DNA from: Candidatus Saccharimonadota bacterium
GTDB lineage: Bacteria > Patescibacteriota > Saccharimonadia > Saccharimonadales > Saccharimonadaceae
Length of the DNA stretch: 32,000 bases
NCBI GenBank assembly: GCA_002421785.1
Contig: DIRZ01000003.1
Span: forward strand, 218,698 to 250,697
Direction: 5' to 3'
Shown here in pieces: positions 7,198 to 14,890 of the stretch. The stretch's first letter is position 1. Each line of letters starts with the position of its first letter. A model generated the notes under the pieces. That model was not told where the DNA came from and made no database searches. It saw only the letters and a list, made by a program, of their open reading frames with translations. The translations under genes and the position numbers were made by a program.

Positions 7198-7686
7198 TTA
7201 TAGTTTCTCCTGCCGAATCCGCTTCATAGCGAGCAGCATTAATTTACCAATGTCTTCATATTCAATCAGGTCGAGCGCCTCACTAAACGGAAACCACCTG
7301 ATTCCGTTCATCCATTCTTCTTTTTGGATTTCGTTACCATCAGAACGGACTCGTACCAAATAAATCTGGGTCGTCATGAGCACGAGCCGGTCGATACGGC
7401 GGTATCGAAAGTGGATCTTGCCCAACCATCCCAACATATCAAGCTGGTGCAAGCCGGTTTCTTCGCCAATTTCACGGCGGGCAGTGTCGACAGCCTTCTC
7501 GCCGTCTTCAATGTGCCCTTTAGGAATCGTCCAACGGTCCTTAGCGTCCTGAATCAACAGGATCTCGATGCCATCTTTCCCGTGGCGAAATACGATGCCA
7601 CCACTCGTGGGTTCGCGGACGATTTCCTGAATTGAAGCCTTTGGTTTAAAATATTTCTTGAATTTATCAAGCTTCGGCGCTGGCAT
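7198..7686 (-). CDS. Nudix hydrolase
   Basis: Nudix box [22 protein letters not shown]. Start chosen at ATG 7686 (GGAGGAG upstream) rather than track start 7737. Its stop abuts the rnc ATG (TAAATG). Confidence 0.8.
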   Translation of the reverse strand: MPAPKLDKFKKYFKPKASIQEIVREPTSGGIVFRHGKDGIEILLIQDAKDRWTIPKGHIEDGEKAVDTARREIGEETGLHQLDMLGWLGKIHFRYRRIDRLVLMTTQIYLVRVRSDGNEIQKEEWMNGIRWFPFSEALDLIEYEDIGKLMLLAMKRIRQEKL

Positions 7687-8128
7687 TGTCTGGTTTCTCC
7701 TCCACAAGCGTCCTAAATGCAGTGCCGAGCACTCCATTTATAAACTTGCTTGAGTTATCAGAACCAAATGCTTTGGCGAGTTCAACAGCTTCGTTGATAG
7801 CGACCTTCGGCGGTACTTTATCACCACGGAAGAGTAGTTCATACAAGCCCAGCCGCAATACAGTACGATCAATACGAGAAATCTGCTCAATCGGCCATTC
7901 TGGCGCAATTGGTTGAATCTTTGCATCGAGACCCGGCTGCTCTTGCACAACGCCAGTCACTAAATCTTTCACGAAATCAGTGTCATCAATCGCCGTTTCG
8001 TATCGCTCTAGGTTACGAGTCAGTACTTCGTCGGCGTCCACAGAAGTATCGCCTGCCTGCAAGCGGAACTCATACTCATACAGAGTTTGAAGTGCGACGA
8101 TGCGTCCTAAGTGACGGTTACTTGCCAT
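7667..8128 (-). CDS. nusB: transcription antitermination factor NusB
   Basis: 153 aa. [13 protein letters not shown]...[12 protein letters not shown]...FINGVLG are typical NusB blocks. Confidence 0.9.
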   Translation of the reverse strand: MASNRHLGRIVALQTLYEYEFRLQAGDTSVDADEVLTRNLERYETAIDDTDFVKDLVTGVVQEQPGLDAKIQPIAPEWPIEQISRIDRTVLRLGLYELLFRGDKVPPKVAINEAVELAKAFGSDNSSKFINGVLGTAFRTLVEEKPDNASAEA

Positions 8129-8179
8129 TGTCTCTTGGTTCTTTCTTTGTTAATATCCACCCTAACAGAGGTAGACGTG

Positions 8180-8356
8180 CTACTTCTTGGTAACGGTTTC
8201 TTTTTTGACTGCTTTAAGCTTTTTGCCAGTTTCGTTCTTGGTTGTCTTAACCTTGACAGGTGATTTTGCGTTCACACGACGTGCGAGCTCAAGTACAAGG
8301 TGGCTGCGGCGTAGACCGGTTTTGCGCGGGCTCGACTGCTTCTTTGGCTGTGCCAT
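8180..8356 (-). CDS. rpmF: 50S ribosomal protein L32 (bL32)
   Basis: 58 aa, below the ORF-track cutoff. MAQPKKQSSPRKTGLRRSHLVL has the bL32 RRSH motif. AAGGAG SD upstream. Confidence 0.8.
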   Translation of the reverse strand: MAQPKKQSSPRKTGLRRSHLVLELARRVNAKSPVKVKTTKNETGKKLKAVKKETVTKK

Positions 8357-8397
8357 GAAATGTTCTCCTTTTTCGGATTCTAATAAAACTTAGTGTT

Positions 8398-8426
8398 ATT
8401 ATACCTCAGTTTGACTGGCAACTCAA
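8398..8426 (-). promoter_or_regulatory. promoter of rpmF-nusB cluster
   Basis: Minus strand: TTGAGT (8426-8421), 17 nt, TATAAT (8403-8398). Confidence 0.55.
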
Positions 8427-8462
8427 TACATTGACAAATATTAGTTATAGCGCTTATGTATA

Positions 8463-8491
8463 TTGACTTATAGTAATACTTATGCTATAAT
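8463..8491 (+). promoter_or_regulatory. consensus promoter of small cassette B
   Basis: TTGACT (8463-8468), 17-nt spacer ending in TGc, TATAAT (8486-8491). Confidence 0.65.
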
Positions 8492-8545
8492 GTTATTGTT
8501 AGGCACTTCGTCTAACCCTCGTACTTCCCCAATCCGAAGGAAAAC

Positions 8546-8851
8546 ATGTTCACGAACATCGTCATCACCCTGGCCTTCCTCGCCCTCGAGTTCGGCGTAC
8601 TGCACCTGTGCTACAGGTACAACACCCCTCTCGCGCGGCGACAGTACTCGGTCGCCGTCTTCGGAGCAATGGCGCTCCTCAGCCTCGGCAGCTACTGGTT
8701 GTCGCCCATCCGTGGCGCCGACTTCGTAGGTGATGTGCTGATGCCCAACCTGTGGCTCGGATGGATCAACATGATCCTCCTGGCCCTCTACATGATCGCC
8801 CTGGTCATCCGGGGCATCAAGAAGTACGGGCTCACCCCCGCCTCATTGTAG
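8546..8851 (+). CDS. orphan 101-aa membrane protein (about 3 TM), compositional outlier (very high GC3)
   Basis: GAAGGA SD. By hand count about 90 of 101 codons end in G/C. Hydrophobic segments IVITLAFLALEFGVL, VAVFGAMALLSLGSYWL and LWLGWINMILLALYMIALVI. Confidence 0.65.
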   Translation: MFTNIVITLAFLALEFGVLHLCYRYNTPLARRQYSVAVFGAMALLSLGSYWLSPIRGADFVGDVLMPNLWLGWINMILLALYMIALVIRGIKKYGLTPASL

Positions 8852-8870
8852 GCGGGGGTTTCCCCTTTTT
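8835..8870 (+). terminator. intrinsic terminator of cassette B
   Basis: CCCCCGCC / GGCGGGGG stem (8835-8842 / 8851-8858) followed by TTTCCCCTTTTT. The stop codon lies at the loop/stem junction. Confidence 0.8.
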
Positions 8871-8879
8871 GAGGCCAGG

Positions 8880-11315
8880 TTAGGCAACAATGCTGACGAG
8901 TTTGCCGGTAATGTAGATGACTTTCTTCGGTTCGCTAACAACAAATTTCTTTACATTTTCGTCCGCAAGGGCGAGCTTTTTAATTTCATCTTCGGCCGTA
9001 TCTTTTGCCACGTCCAGTTTCGCGCGCAACTTACCATTAACTTGCACGATGATTGTCATCGTATCACCGGTTAGATACTGCTTATCCCATTGTGGCCAGC
9101 TGTCCTTTTGGGCGCTGGTTTCGTGGCCAAGGTCATGCCACAGCTCATCGGCCATATGTGGGGCAAACGGCGCCACAAGCGCGACCAAACTGTCCAGCGC
9201 AAACTGCCAGCTATTGCCGCCAGCAAACCCCTTTGCCTTGAGAGCATACAAGCCGTTGGTGCATTCCATCATGGCGGCGATTGCCGTATTATACTTTTGG
9301 TCTTCTAGGTCGGCAGTTACTTTACGAATAGCCGGGTGGATCGTTCGCAGCACCTCAACGTTCTGTTCGTCATCGTGCCCAGCCTCTAGAAATTCCTGTA
9401 CCAAGTTCCATATGCGATTGAGGAAACGATAGGTTCCGGGCACTCCCTGTGGGTCCCAACGAGCCCAGACGTCGAGCGGTGCAGCGAACATCAGGTAGGT
9501 ACGAAGCGAATCGGCGCCATAGCCGCTGTTGATGATTTCGAGCGGATCAACACCATTACCCTTGCTCTTACTAAACATCGTTCCATCACTCGCAGTCACT
9601 TTACCGTTAAACAGGAACTTCTTGAACGGCTCCGGGTTTTCTACGAGACCCTGGTGCCAGAAGAACCTGGTCATAAAGCGCGCATACATCATGTGCGCAG
9701 TGGCGTGATCACCACCGTTATAGAAATCAATCGGCATCCACTTGTTTGCAATCGCACTATCAAAGATGCGAGATTCATTGGCGCCGTCCAGGTAGCGCAG
9801 GAAGTACCAGCTACTGCAGATGTACGTGTCGAGCGTATCAGTTTCGCGCGTTGCAGGGCCGCCACAGGTCGGACATGTCGTATTCATCCACTCTGTCGCT
9901 CGTGCGAGCGCACTTCGCCCGTCGCCACTCGGCGCAAAATCGTCAAGCAAAGGCAGCTCAACAGGTAGTTGCTCGTCAGGAACAAGCACGGTGCCGTCTT
10001 TTTCGCAGTGAATAATCGGAATTGGCGCACCCCAGTATCGCTGACGACTCACGCTCCAGTCGCGGACTTTATAGGTCGTTTTGGCTGCGCCCCGCTGTTC
10101 TTGCTCGAGCCATGCCACAATCTCTTCGCGGGCATCGCTGCTCGCCATGCCGTCATAGTGGCCACTATTCATTAGTGGTCCCTCGCCGTGATAACACTGC
10201 TCGGCTACATCATGCGGCTTAGTCACTACTTCGATAATCGGTAGGTTGAACTTCTCGGCAAATTCAAAGTCACGCTCGTCGTGCGCCGGCACTGCCATAA
10301 TTGCACCCGTGCCGTAACCGCTCAGCACATAGTCGGCCACCCATATAGGTACCTTCGCACCGGTCGCAGGATTAATCGCATACGAACCAGTTGCAATACC
10401 CGTCTTTTCTTTCGTTTCCTGGCGTTCTAGCTCACTCTTCTTCAAGCTATCTTTCACATACGCCATCACTGCGTCGCGGGTGCCGTCATTCACCAATTGC
10501 TCCACCAGTTCGTGCTCTGGGGCAATTACAAGGAACGTCGCACCAAACAACGTGTCGGGGCGAGTCGTAAACACCGTAACAGCGTCATCGCGACCATCGA
10601 GAGCGAATTCCACCTCTGCGCCAACGCTTTTACCAATCCAGTTCTTCTGTGCGGCCTTTACTACTTCACTCCAGTCAAGCGCATCTGTCGCCTCGAGCAT
10701 TTCATCGGCATACTCAGTAACCTTAAAGAACCACTGCTTCACTTCTTTTTTGGCGACTTCAGGGTCATCAACGCTATCATGCCGCCAGCATTTTCCATCA
10801 ATCACTTGCTCATTAGCAAGCACGGTTTGGCACTTTGTACACCACCACTGCATACGTGAATCCTGGTATGCCAGGCCCGCCCGATACATTTCACTAAATA
10901 TCCACTGCGTCCATTTGTAATAGACGGGCAAATGCGTACTGATTTCCTTGCTCCAGTCGTTACTCCAGCCCATCGCTTTGTACTGCGTATGATAGCTAGG
11001 AATAATCTTTGCCATACTTTCCTGGGGCGAAATACCGCTTTTAATGGCAAAGTTTTCGGCCGGTAGTCCAAATGCATCCCAGCCTACAGGGTGATAACTC
11101 TCGTATCCTTGCTGTCGCTTAAATCGTGCCATCACGTCACTAATGGTATAGTTCATCGCATGCCCAATGTGGATACCAGCCCCACTAGGGTAGTTAAACA
11201 TGCTCATGGCGATGTATTTTTGCTTATCGGACGATAGGTCCGCACGGTAAACCTGTTGTTCATCCCAGGCTTGCTGCCACTTTGGCTCAATTTCAGTTGG
11301 ATTATAGCGCTTCAT
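8880..11315 (-). CDS. leuS: leucyl-tRNA synthetase
   Basis: 811 aa. HIGH-type motif (GIHIGHAMNY), KMSKS-type motif (MFSKSKGN), editing-domain blocks. Confidence 0.97.
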   Translation of the reverse strand: MKRYNPTEIEPKWQQAWDEQQVYRADLSSDKQKYIAMSMFNYPSGAGIHIGHAMNYTISDVMARFKRQQGYESYHPVGWDAFGLPAENFAIKSGISPQESMAKIIPSYHTQYKAMGWSNDWSKEISTHLPVYYKWTQWIFSEMYRAGLAYQDSRMQWWCTKCQTVLANEQVIDGKCWRHDSVDDPEVAKKEVKQWFFKVTEYADEMLEATDALDWSEVVKAAQKNWIGKSVGAEVEFALDGRDDAVTVFTTRPDTLFGATFLVIAPEHELVEQLVNDGTRDAVMAYVKDSLKKSELERQETKEKTGIATGSYAINPATGAKVPIWVADYVLSGYGTGAIMAVPAHDERDFEFAEKFNLPIIEVVTKPHDVAEQCYHGEGPLMNSGHYDGMASSDAREEIVAWLEQEQRGAAKTTYKVRDWSVSRQRYWGAPIPIIHCEKDGTVLVPDEQLPVELPLLDDFAPSGDGRSALARATEWMNTTCPTCGGPATRETDTLDTYICSSWYFLRYLDGANESRIFDSAIANKWMPIDFYNGGDHATAHMMYARFMTRFFWHQGLVENPEPFKKFLFNGKVTASDGTMFSKSKGNGVDPLEIINSGYGADSLRTYLMFAAPLDVWARWDPQGVPGTYRFLNRIWNLVQEFLEAGHDDEQNVEVLRTIHPAIRKVTADLEDQKYNTAIAAMMECTNGLYALKAKGFAGGNSWQFALDSLVALVAPFAPHMADELWHDLGHETSAQKDSWPQWDKQYLTGDTMTIIVQVNGKLRAKLDVAKDTAEDEIKKLALADENVKKFVVSEPKKVIYITGKLVSIVA

Positions 11316-11323
11316 TAGCTACT

Positions 11324-11352
11324 AGTATAGCAAACTCTACCCCTATCGTTAA
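11324..11352 (-). promoter_or_regulatory. leaderless-type promoter of leuS
   Basis: Minus strand: TTAACG (11352-11347), 17 nt ending in TGc, TATACT (11329-11324), then 8 nt to ATG 11315. No SD. Confidence 0.55.
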
Positions 11353-11377
11353 GGGTGCCTACTGCATCAGTGCGGCA

Positions 11378-12658
11378 TTAGCTGTAGCGTTCAAAGTATG
11401 CGTCTTTTTGCTTCTGCCAGCTCGGTGATTGCCGGACCAGTTGCACATCTTCGCTCATATCACATAATATCTTGACTGTTTCTTCTAGGAATATCGTGTT
11501 TTGTGAACCTTTAGCCAAAATCACTGCACCATCTTGGGTAATAGAGCGGACAAACTCGCCTGCGGTTATTGCGTTCGACGCGATATGCACTTGGCAGCCG
11601 CGACTCCTTGCGACTGGCGCGAGGAACTTTTCGCAATCCGGCCCCACCAGTACCACCCAGCTTAGTAGGCTCGGATCACAAAGCGCTCCTAGCTTTTCGT
11701 GCTCCACCTGGCTACTTGCCCCAAGCTCTCGCATGTCACCGAGCACGGCAATACGCTGGGGCGCTTCTGTAAAACTATAGAGTGTTTGGAGTGCAGCGGC
11801 TGCAGCGGCGGGACTGGAATTATACGTATCATCAATGATAGTCGTGCCCTGAATACCGCGCAGTACATTCATCCGCCCCGGTACCGGGCGTATCAGGCTA
11901 AGCCCTGACACGATGTCTTGATCTGTTAGGCCAAGGAGCATACCCACAGCCACGGCGCCCATCACTGGCCGCAAGCTATGCTCGCCTACCACCTTAATCG
12001 TGGCATCGAAGGGCTCATGGTTCACCGCAATAATCGAACCTCTATATCCTTCGTCCACAGTAAAGTCTTGCTGCTCGAACCGATATTCAGCGGCTCCCGT
12101 GGTGCCATAGGTGCTGAAATTAGGGTTCGTTTCATAATCAGCGAACCGGCCCTCTACGTCATCGCGATTAATCAGCACATACTTCGCGTAAGCGCTCACT
12201 GCCATCTCCTCCTTCGCAACGGCTTCGATGGTTCCAAAAAACTCCATGTGTTCAGGAGTAATCGCCGTCACAAGCGCGATATCTGGCACAAGGTATTTGC
12301 CAAAAGCTGCTATCTCGCCCGGCTTATCCGTACCAAGTTCCTGCACAATCACATCGACATCAGTCGGCTGCTTGATACGGAGCCGTGCTGCGCGGAAAAC
12401 AGTCAGCCATATGAATGGATTACGAATATTATCTGGAAAGTCGATGCCCAAAATAGCCAGTGGCGCTGAAATATCCGAGTTGTGGTTGCCGTCGTGCATG
12501 CGAATCCGGTAACGGCGTGACAGCAAATCAGCAACAGCCCGCTTAGTGCTCGTTTTGCCGACGCTTCCTACTACTGCAACCAACTTTACTTCTGGGTGTT
12601 TCGCAAAGTATTTCCGAACATAGCGTTCAAGCTTTTTTTGTATGAACAATTTGAACAT
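11378..12658 (-). CDS. murF: UDP-N-acetylmuramoyl-tripeptide--D-alanyl-D-alanine ligase (Mur ligase family)
   Basis: P-loop VVGSVGKTSTK and DDTYNSSPAAAAAAL (MurF DxYNANP-type). Start moved to ATG 12658 (MFKLFIQKK...), which avoids overlap with the upstream gene. Confidence 0.8.
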   Translation of the reverse strand: MFKLFIQKKLERYVRKYFAKHPEVKLVAVVGSVGKTSTKRAVADLLSRRYRIRMHDGNHNSDISAPLAILGIDFPDNIRNPFIWLTVFRAARLRIKQPTDVDVIVQELGTDKPGEIAAFGKYLVPDIALVTAITPEHMEFFGTIEAVAKEEMAVSAYAKYVLINRDDVEGRFADYETNPNFSTYGTTGAAEYRFEQQDFTVDEGYRGSIIAVNHEPFDATIKVVGEHSLRPVMGAVAVGMLLGLTDQDIVSGLSLIRPVPGRMNVLRGIQGTTIIDDTYNSSPAAAAAALQTLYSFTEAPQRIAVLGDMRELGASSQVEHEKLGALCDPSLLSWVVLVGPDCEKFLAPVARSRGCQVHIASNAITAGEFVRSITQDGAVILAKGSQNTIFLEETVKILCDMSEDVQLVRQSPSWQKQKDAYFERYS

Positions 12659-12680
12659 AGTCCCATCATACCGCATATGC

Positions 12681-13319
12681 TCACAACTCGGAAGCCGCGG
12701 CACGCTTCTGCGCGATATCACTCACCACTTCTATGCAAAACGCTTCGATAAGCGCTTCGAGTTCAGCGTTAAGAGGGCAATCCGGCACGCGTTTTTTTGC
12801 CACCTGCAATACTGACGTATACCACCATAGCTGCTCAAGCGGCTGCAAGTTAAAATGTTGCCAGAATTCGCTTCCGTATCTTTGATGGTTCCGGATCATA
12901 TCTGTCAGGTTGCTAACTTTATCGGCCAGCGCGATTATCACCGAACCGTCACCGGCTTCAAATTCCAGACGGGTTAGGTAAGCGGTGTTTCGATCGTGCC
13001 AGTTCTCAATGTCATCGTTTTTTGAAACTCCCCAGACCAAAAAAGCAACGTTTGATCCGAACTCAGCTTCGAGCTCCTCGAACGTCACCGGAGTATCCTC
13101 AACGGTATCGTGTAAAACTGCTGCAATTTGCGTGTCCGGGTCGTCAGTAACGGCACGTACACGTTCCATCACGTCGAACGGATGCACAATGTACGGCTGC
13201 AGCTCTGCTTTTCGTAGTTGATTCTCATGTGCTTTGGCGGCGAAGTTCATCGCCACCCACAGGGGCTCCTCGTAGCGCTCAATAATTGGTAGTGTGTGGA
13301 GGTGGTCATGCTTGGGCAT
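12681..13319 (-). CDS. HD-domain (p)ppGpp hydrolase-like protein (SpoT/Mesh1-type small alarmone hydrolase)
   Basis: AAKAHENQLRK...PYIVHPFDV...AAVLHDTVEDT is the HD...HDxxED arrangement of the RelA/SpoT hydrolase domain. Confidence 0.7.
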   Translation of the reverse strand: MPKHDHLHTLPIIERYEEPLWVAMNFAAKAHENQLRKAELQPYIVHPFDVMERVRAVTDDPDTQIAAVLHDTVEDTPVTFEELEAEFGSNVAFLVWGVSKNDDIENWHDRNTAYLTRLEFEAGDGSVIIALADKVSNLTDMIRNHQRYGSEFWQHFNLQPLEQLWWYTSVLQVAKKRVPDCPLNAELEALIEAFCIEVVSDIAQKRAAASEL

Positions 13320-13546
13320 GTGCTTTTCCTTTCTTTTACCGCTGAGTTATAAAAAACGGCCAGCGAATTAATAGATAATTCGTAGCCGCAATGGTCGCTT
13401 ATTGTAAAGCCGCTGTCCTACATACTCAGTATGCGCCTGCGATGTCTGCAATGCAAGTGCACTTTTGCACGAAGTACCGGGCGACTGTAAACATTTTCAT
13501 AGTCAAACGGCTCATATGCGGTTATGATGAGGACAAAAGGAGTTAT

Positions 13547-13849
13547 ATGATAGCAAGTATTATTTATGCAATTGGTGGTTTTATAGAAGCACTTGTTGGT
13601 TTACGGTTCGTACTACGGCTCGTAGGGGCAAACCCTGACAATGCGCTTGTCAGCTGGATTTATGCATGGAGCACACCGTTCGTTGCGCCATTTTCGGGTA
13701 TTTTCGGCCAAGACGCCACTATTGTTAGTGGCGTAGGTGCCGTGACGACAAGCGTGTTCGATTGGACCGCCCTCGTCGCGCTGATCGTCATTGGTATCGT
13801 CGTGGGGATTATTGGCTCCTTGCTTGGCCGTCACTACGCAGTACGATAA
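13547..13849 (+). CDS. YggT-family small membrane protein
   Basis: AAAGGAG SD before ATG 13547 (in frame with track ORF 13391..13849). GLRFVLRLVGANPDNALVSWIY is YggT-like. Two TM segments. Confidence 0.65.
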   Translation: MIASIIYAIGGFIEALVGLRFVLRLVGANPDNALVSWIYAWSTPFVAPFSGIFGQDATIVSGVGAVTTSVFDWTALVALIVIGIVVGIIGSLLGRHYAVR

Positions 13850-13862
13850 TCCACGCTAACAC

Positions 13863-13891
13863 TTGAAATTCAGCACCAAATCCCGTATACT
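13863..13891 (+). promoter_or_regulatory. promoter driving the tRNA-Gly 5' fragment and spacer
   Basis: TTGAAA (13863-13868), 17 nt, TATACT (13886-13891). The fragment starts 11 nt downstream. Confidence 0.55.
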
Positions 13892-13902
13892 TTCTCATTG
13901 AC

Positions 13903-13926
13903 GCGGGTATAGCTCAGTTGTTAGAG
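13903..13926 (+). pseudogene. 24-nt 5' fragment of tRNA-Gly(GCC) (acceptor 5' strand plus D arm)
   Basis: Identical over 24/24 nt to 14080..14103. No matching 3' half follows it. Confidence 0.7.
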
Positions 13927-14079
13927 TGAGAACCTTCAGCGAAGGTTCGCAAGGCAACGTCACAAATGAACTCGTTCATTTGCCTGACTTGCGGGGTCGC
14001 GGAACGTGACCAAACTTGCCAGGCCAAGGATGCTTCTAACAAGTGCGGTATAATCGTGAAGTAAATTCATTTTACATAT

Positions 14080-14155
14080 GCGGGTATAGCTCAGTTGTTA
14101 GAGCGCATCCTTGCCAAGGATGAGGCCACGAGTTAGAGTCTCGTTACCCGCACCA
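14080..14155 (+). tRNA. tRNA-Gly (anticodon GCC), CCA encoded, atypical U19:A56
   Basis: Acceptor GCGGGTA/TACCCGC, D arm GCTC-AGTTGTTA-GAGC, anticodon arm CATCC-TTGCCAA-GGATG, T arm ACGAG-TTAGAGT-CTCGT. Confidence 0.85.
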
Positions 14156-14168
14156 ACGTCTTTATTTT

Positions 14169-14194
14169 AAAACACACCCAGGTGGGTGTGTTTT
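14169..14194. terminator. intrinsic terminator after tRNA-Gly(GCC)
   Basis: AAAACACACCC / GGGTGTGTTTT 11-bp stem, loop AGGT, followed by GCTTT. Confidence 0.75.
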
Positions 14195-14234
14195 GCTTTA
14201 CAAATAACCAGTCCCTGGAGACCACTCGCCCCCA

Positions 14235-14789
14235 CTACGCGAGCGAATTAAGGTAGTCACGAACTTCGCGGAACGGCTTCATGACTTCAGCATATGTCAA
14301 TTCATTTGTCGCCTGGTCCATTTCGGCGCGAGTTATTTCGTATCCGTCGTTGACAAATATCTTGTCCCATCCGAATCCATTCTCGCCACGTGGGTGCTCG
14401 GCAATTGTACCTTTGGCACGAGATTGGAAATAGCGGAACGACTCTCCGTCGTAATACCCAAAGGTACATATTGCTTCAGCCTTGCGGCTAGTAAAGCCGT
14501 CGAGCATGCGGCAACATGCTTCAGCGCCAGCCTGATCGATAAACCATTTAATATACGGACCAGGAAGTCCGTTCAGCGCATCAAAGCTTAGGCTGACGTC
14601 CTCTACCAGTACGGGGGCACCGACAACGGCATACGCCTGCTGAAGTTTATGCTCAAGCAGCCGCTCTGGGTCAGTTTCCTGGATTTCGTCCAGCTCCACT
14701 TTCTGATGCTCGAGGGCTATTCCAAGTTGTCGAGACAAGTAGTCTGCTTTGTCTTTATTGCCAGTGATAAATACGGGTAGTGTTGCCAT
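14235..14789 (-). CDS. non-canonical purine NTP pyrophosphatase (Ham1/ITPA family)
   Basis: FITGNKDK...EDVSLSFDALNGLPGPYIKWF...GFGWDKIF are ITPase blocks. TGgTATACT -10 and AGGAGA SD upstream. Confidence 0.85.
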   Translation of the reverse strand: MATLPVFITGNKDKADYLSRQLGIALEHQKVELDEIQETDPERLLEHKLQQAYAVVGAPVLVEDVSLSFDALNGLPGPYIKWFIDQAGAEACCRMLDGFTSRKAEAICTFGYYDGESFRYFQSRAKGTIAEHPRGENGFGWDKIFVNDGYEITRAEMDQATNELTYAEVMKPFREVRDYLNSLA

Positions 14790-14890
14790 GCTTTCTCCTA
14801 TTTTGACTAGTATACCAAATTATGCCTACACTCCGGTAGATTAATATAAAACTATAGACATTAATGCGGTTAAGTGATATAGTATGTAAA

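Noticed and set aside
13364-13382. 19-bp palindrome CGAATTA-ATAGA-TAATTCG between the HD-hydrolase gene and yggT, a possible operator.
   Set aside because: It is a single AT-rich 7-bp inverted repeat with no adjacent regulator gene, so it could easily be chance. It does not justify a feature call.
13927-14079. The idea that the tRNA-Gly spacer is a group I or other intron splitting one tRNA gene.
   Set aside because: The downstream copy is a complete tRNA by itself. The break is in the D arm rather than the anticodon loop. About 150 nt is too short for a group I intron, and I see no P7/P3-like core.
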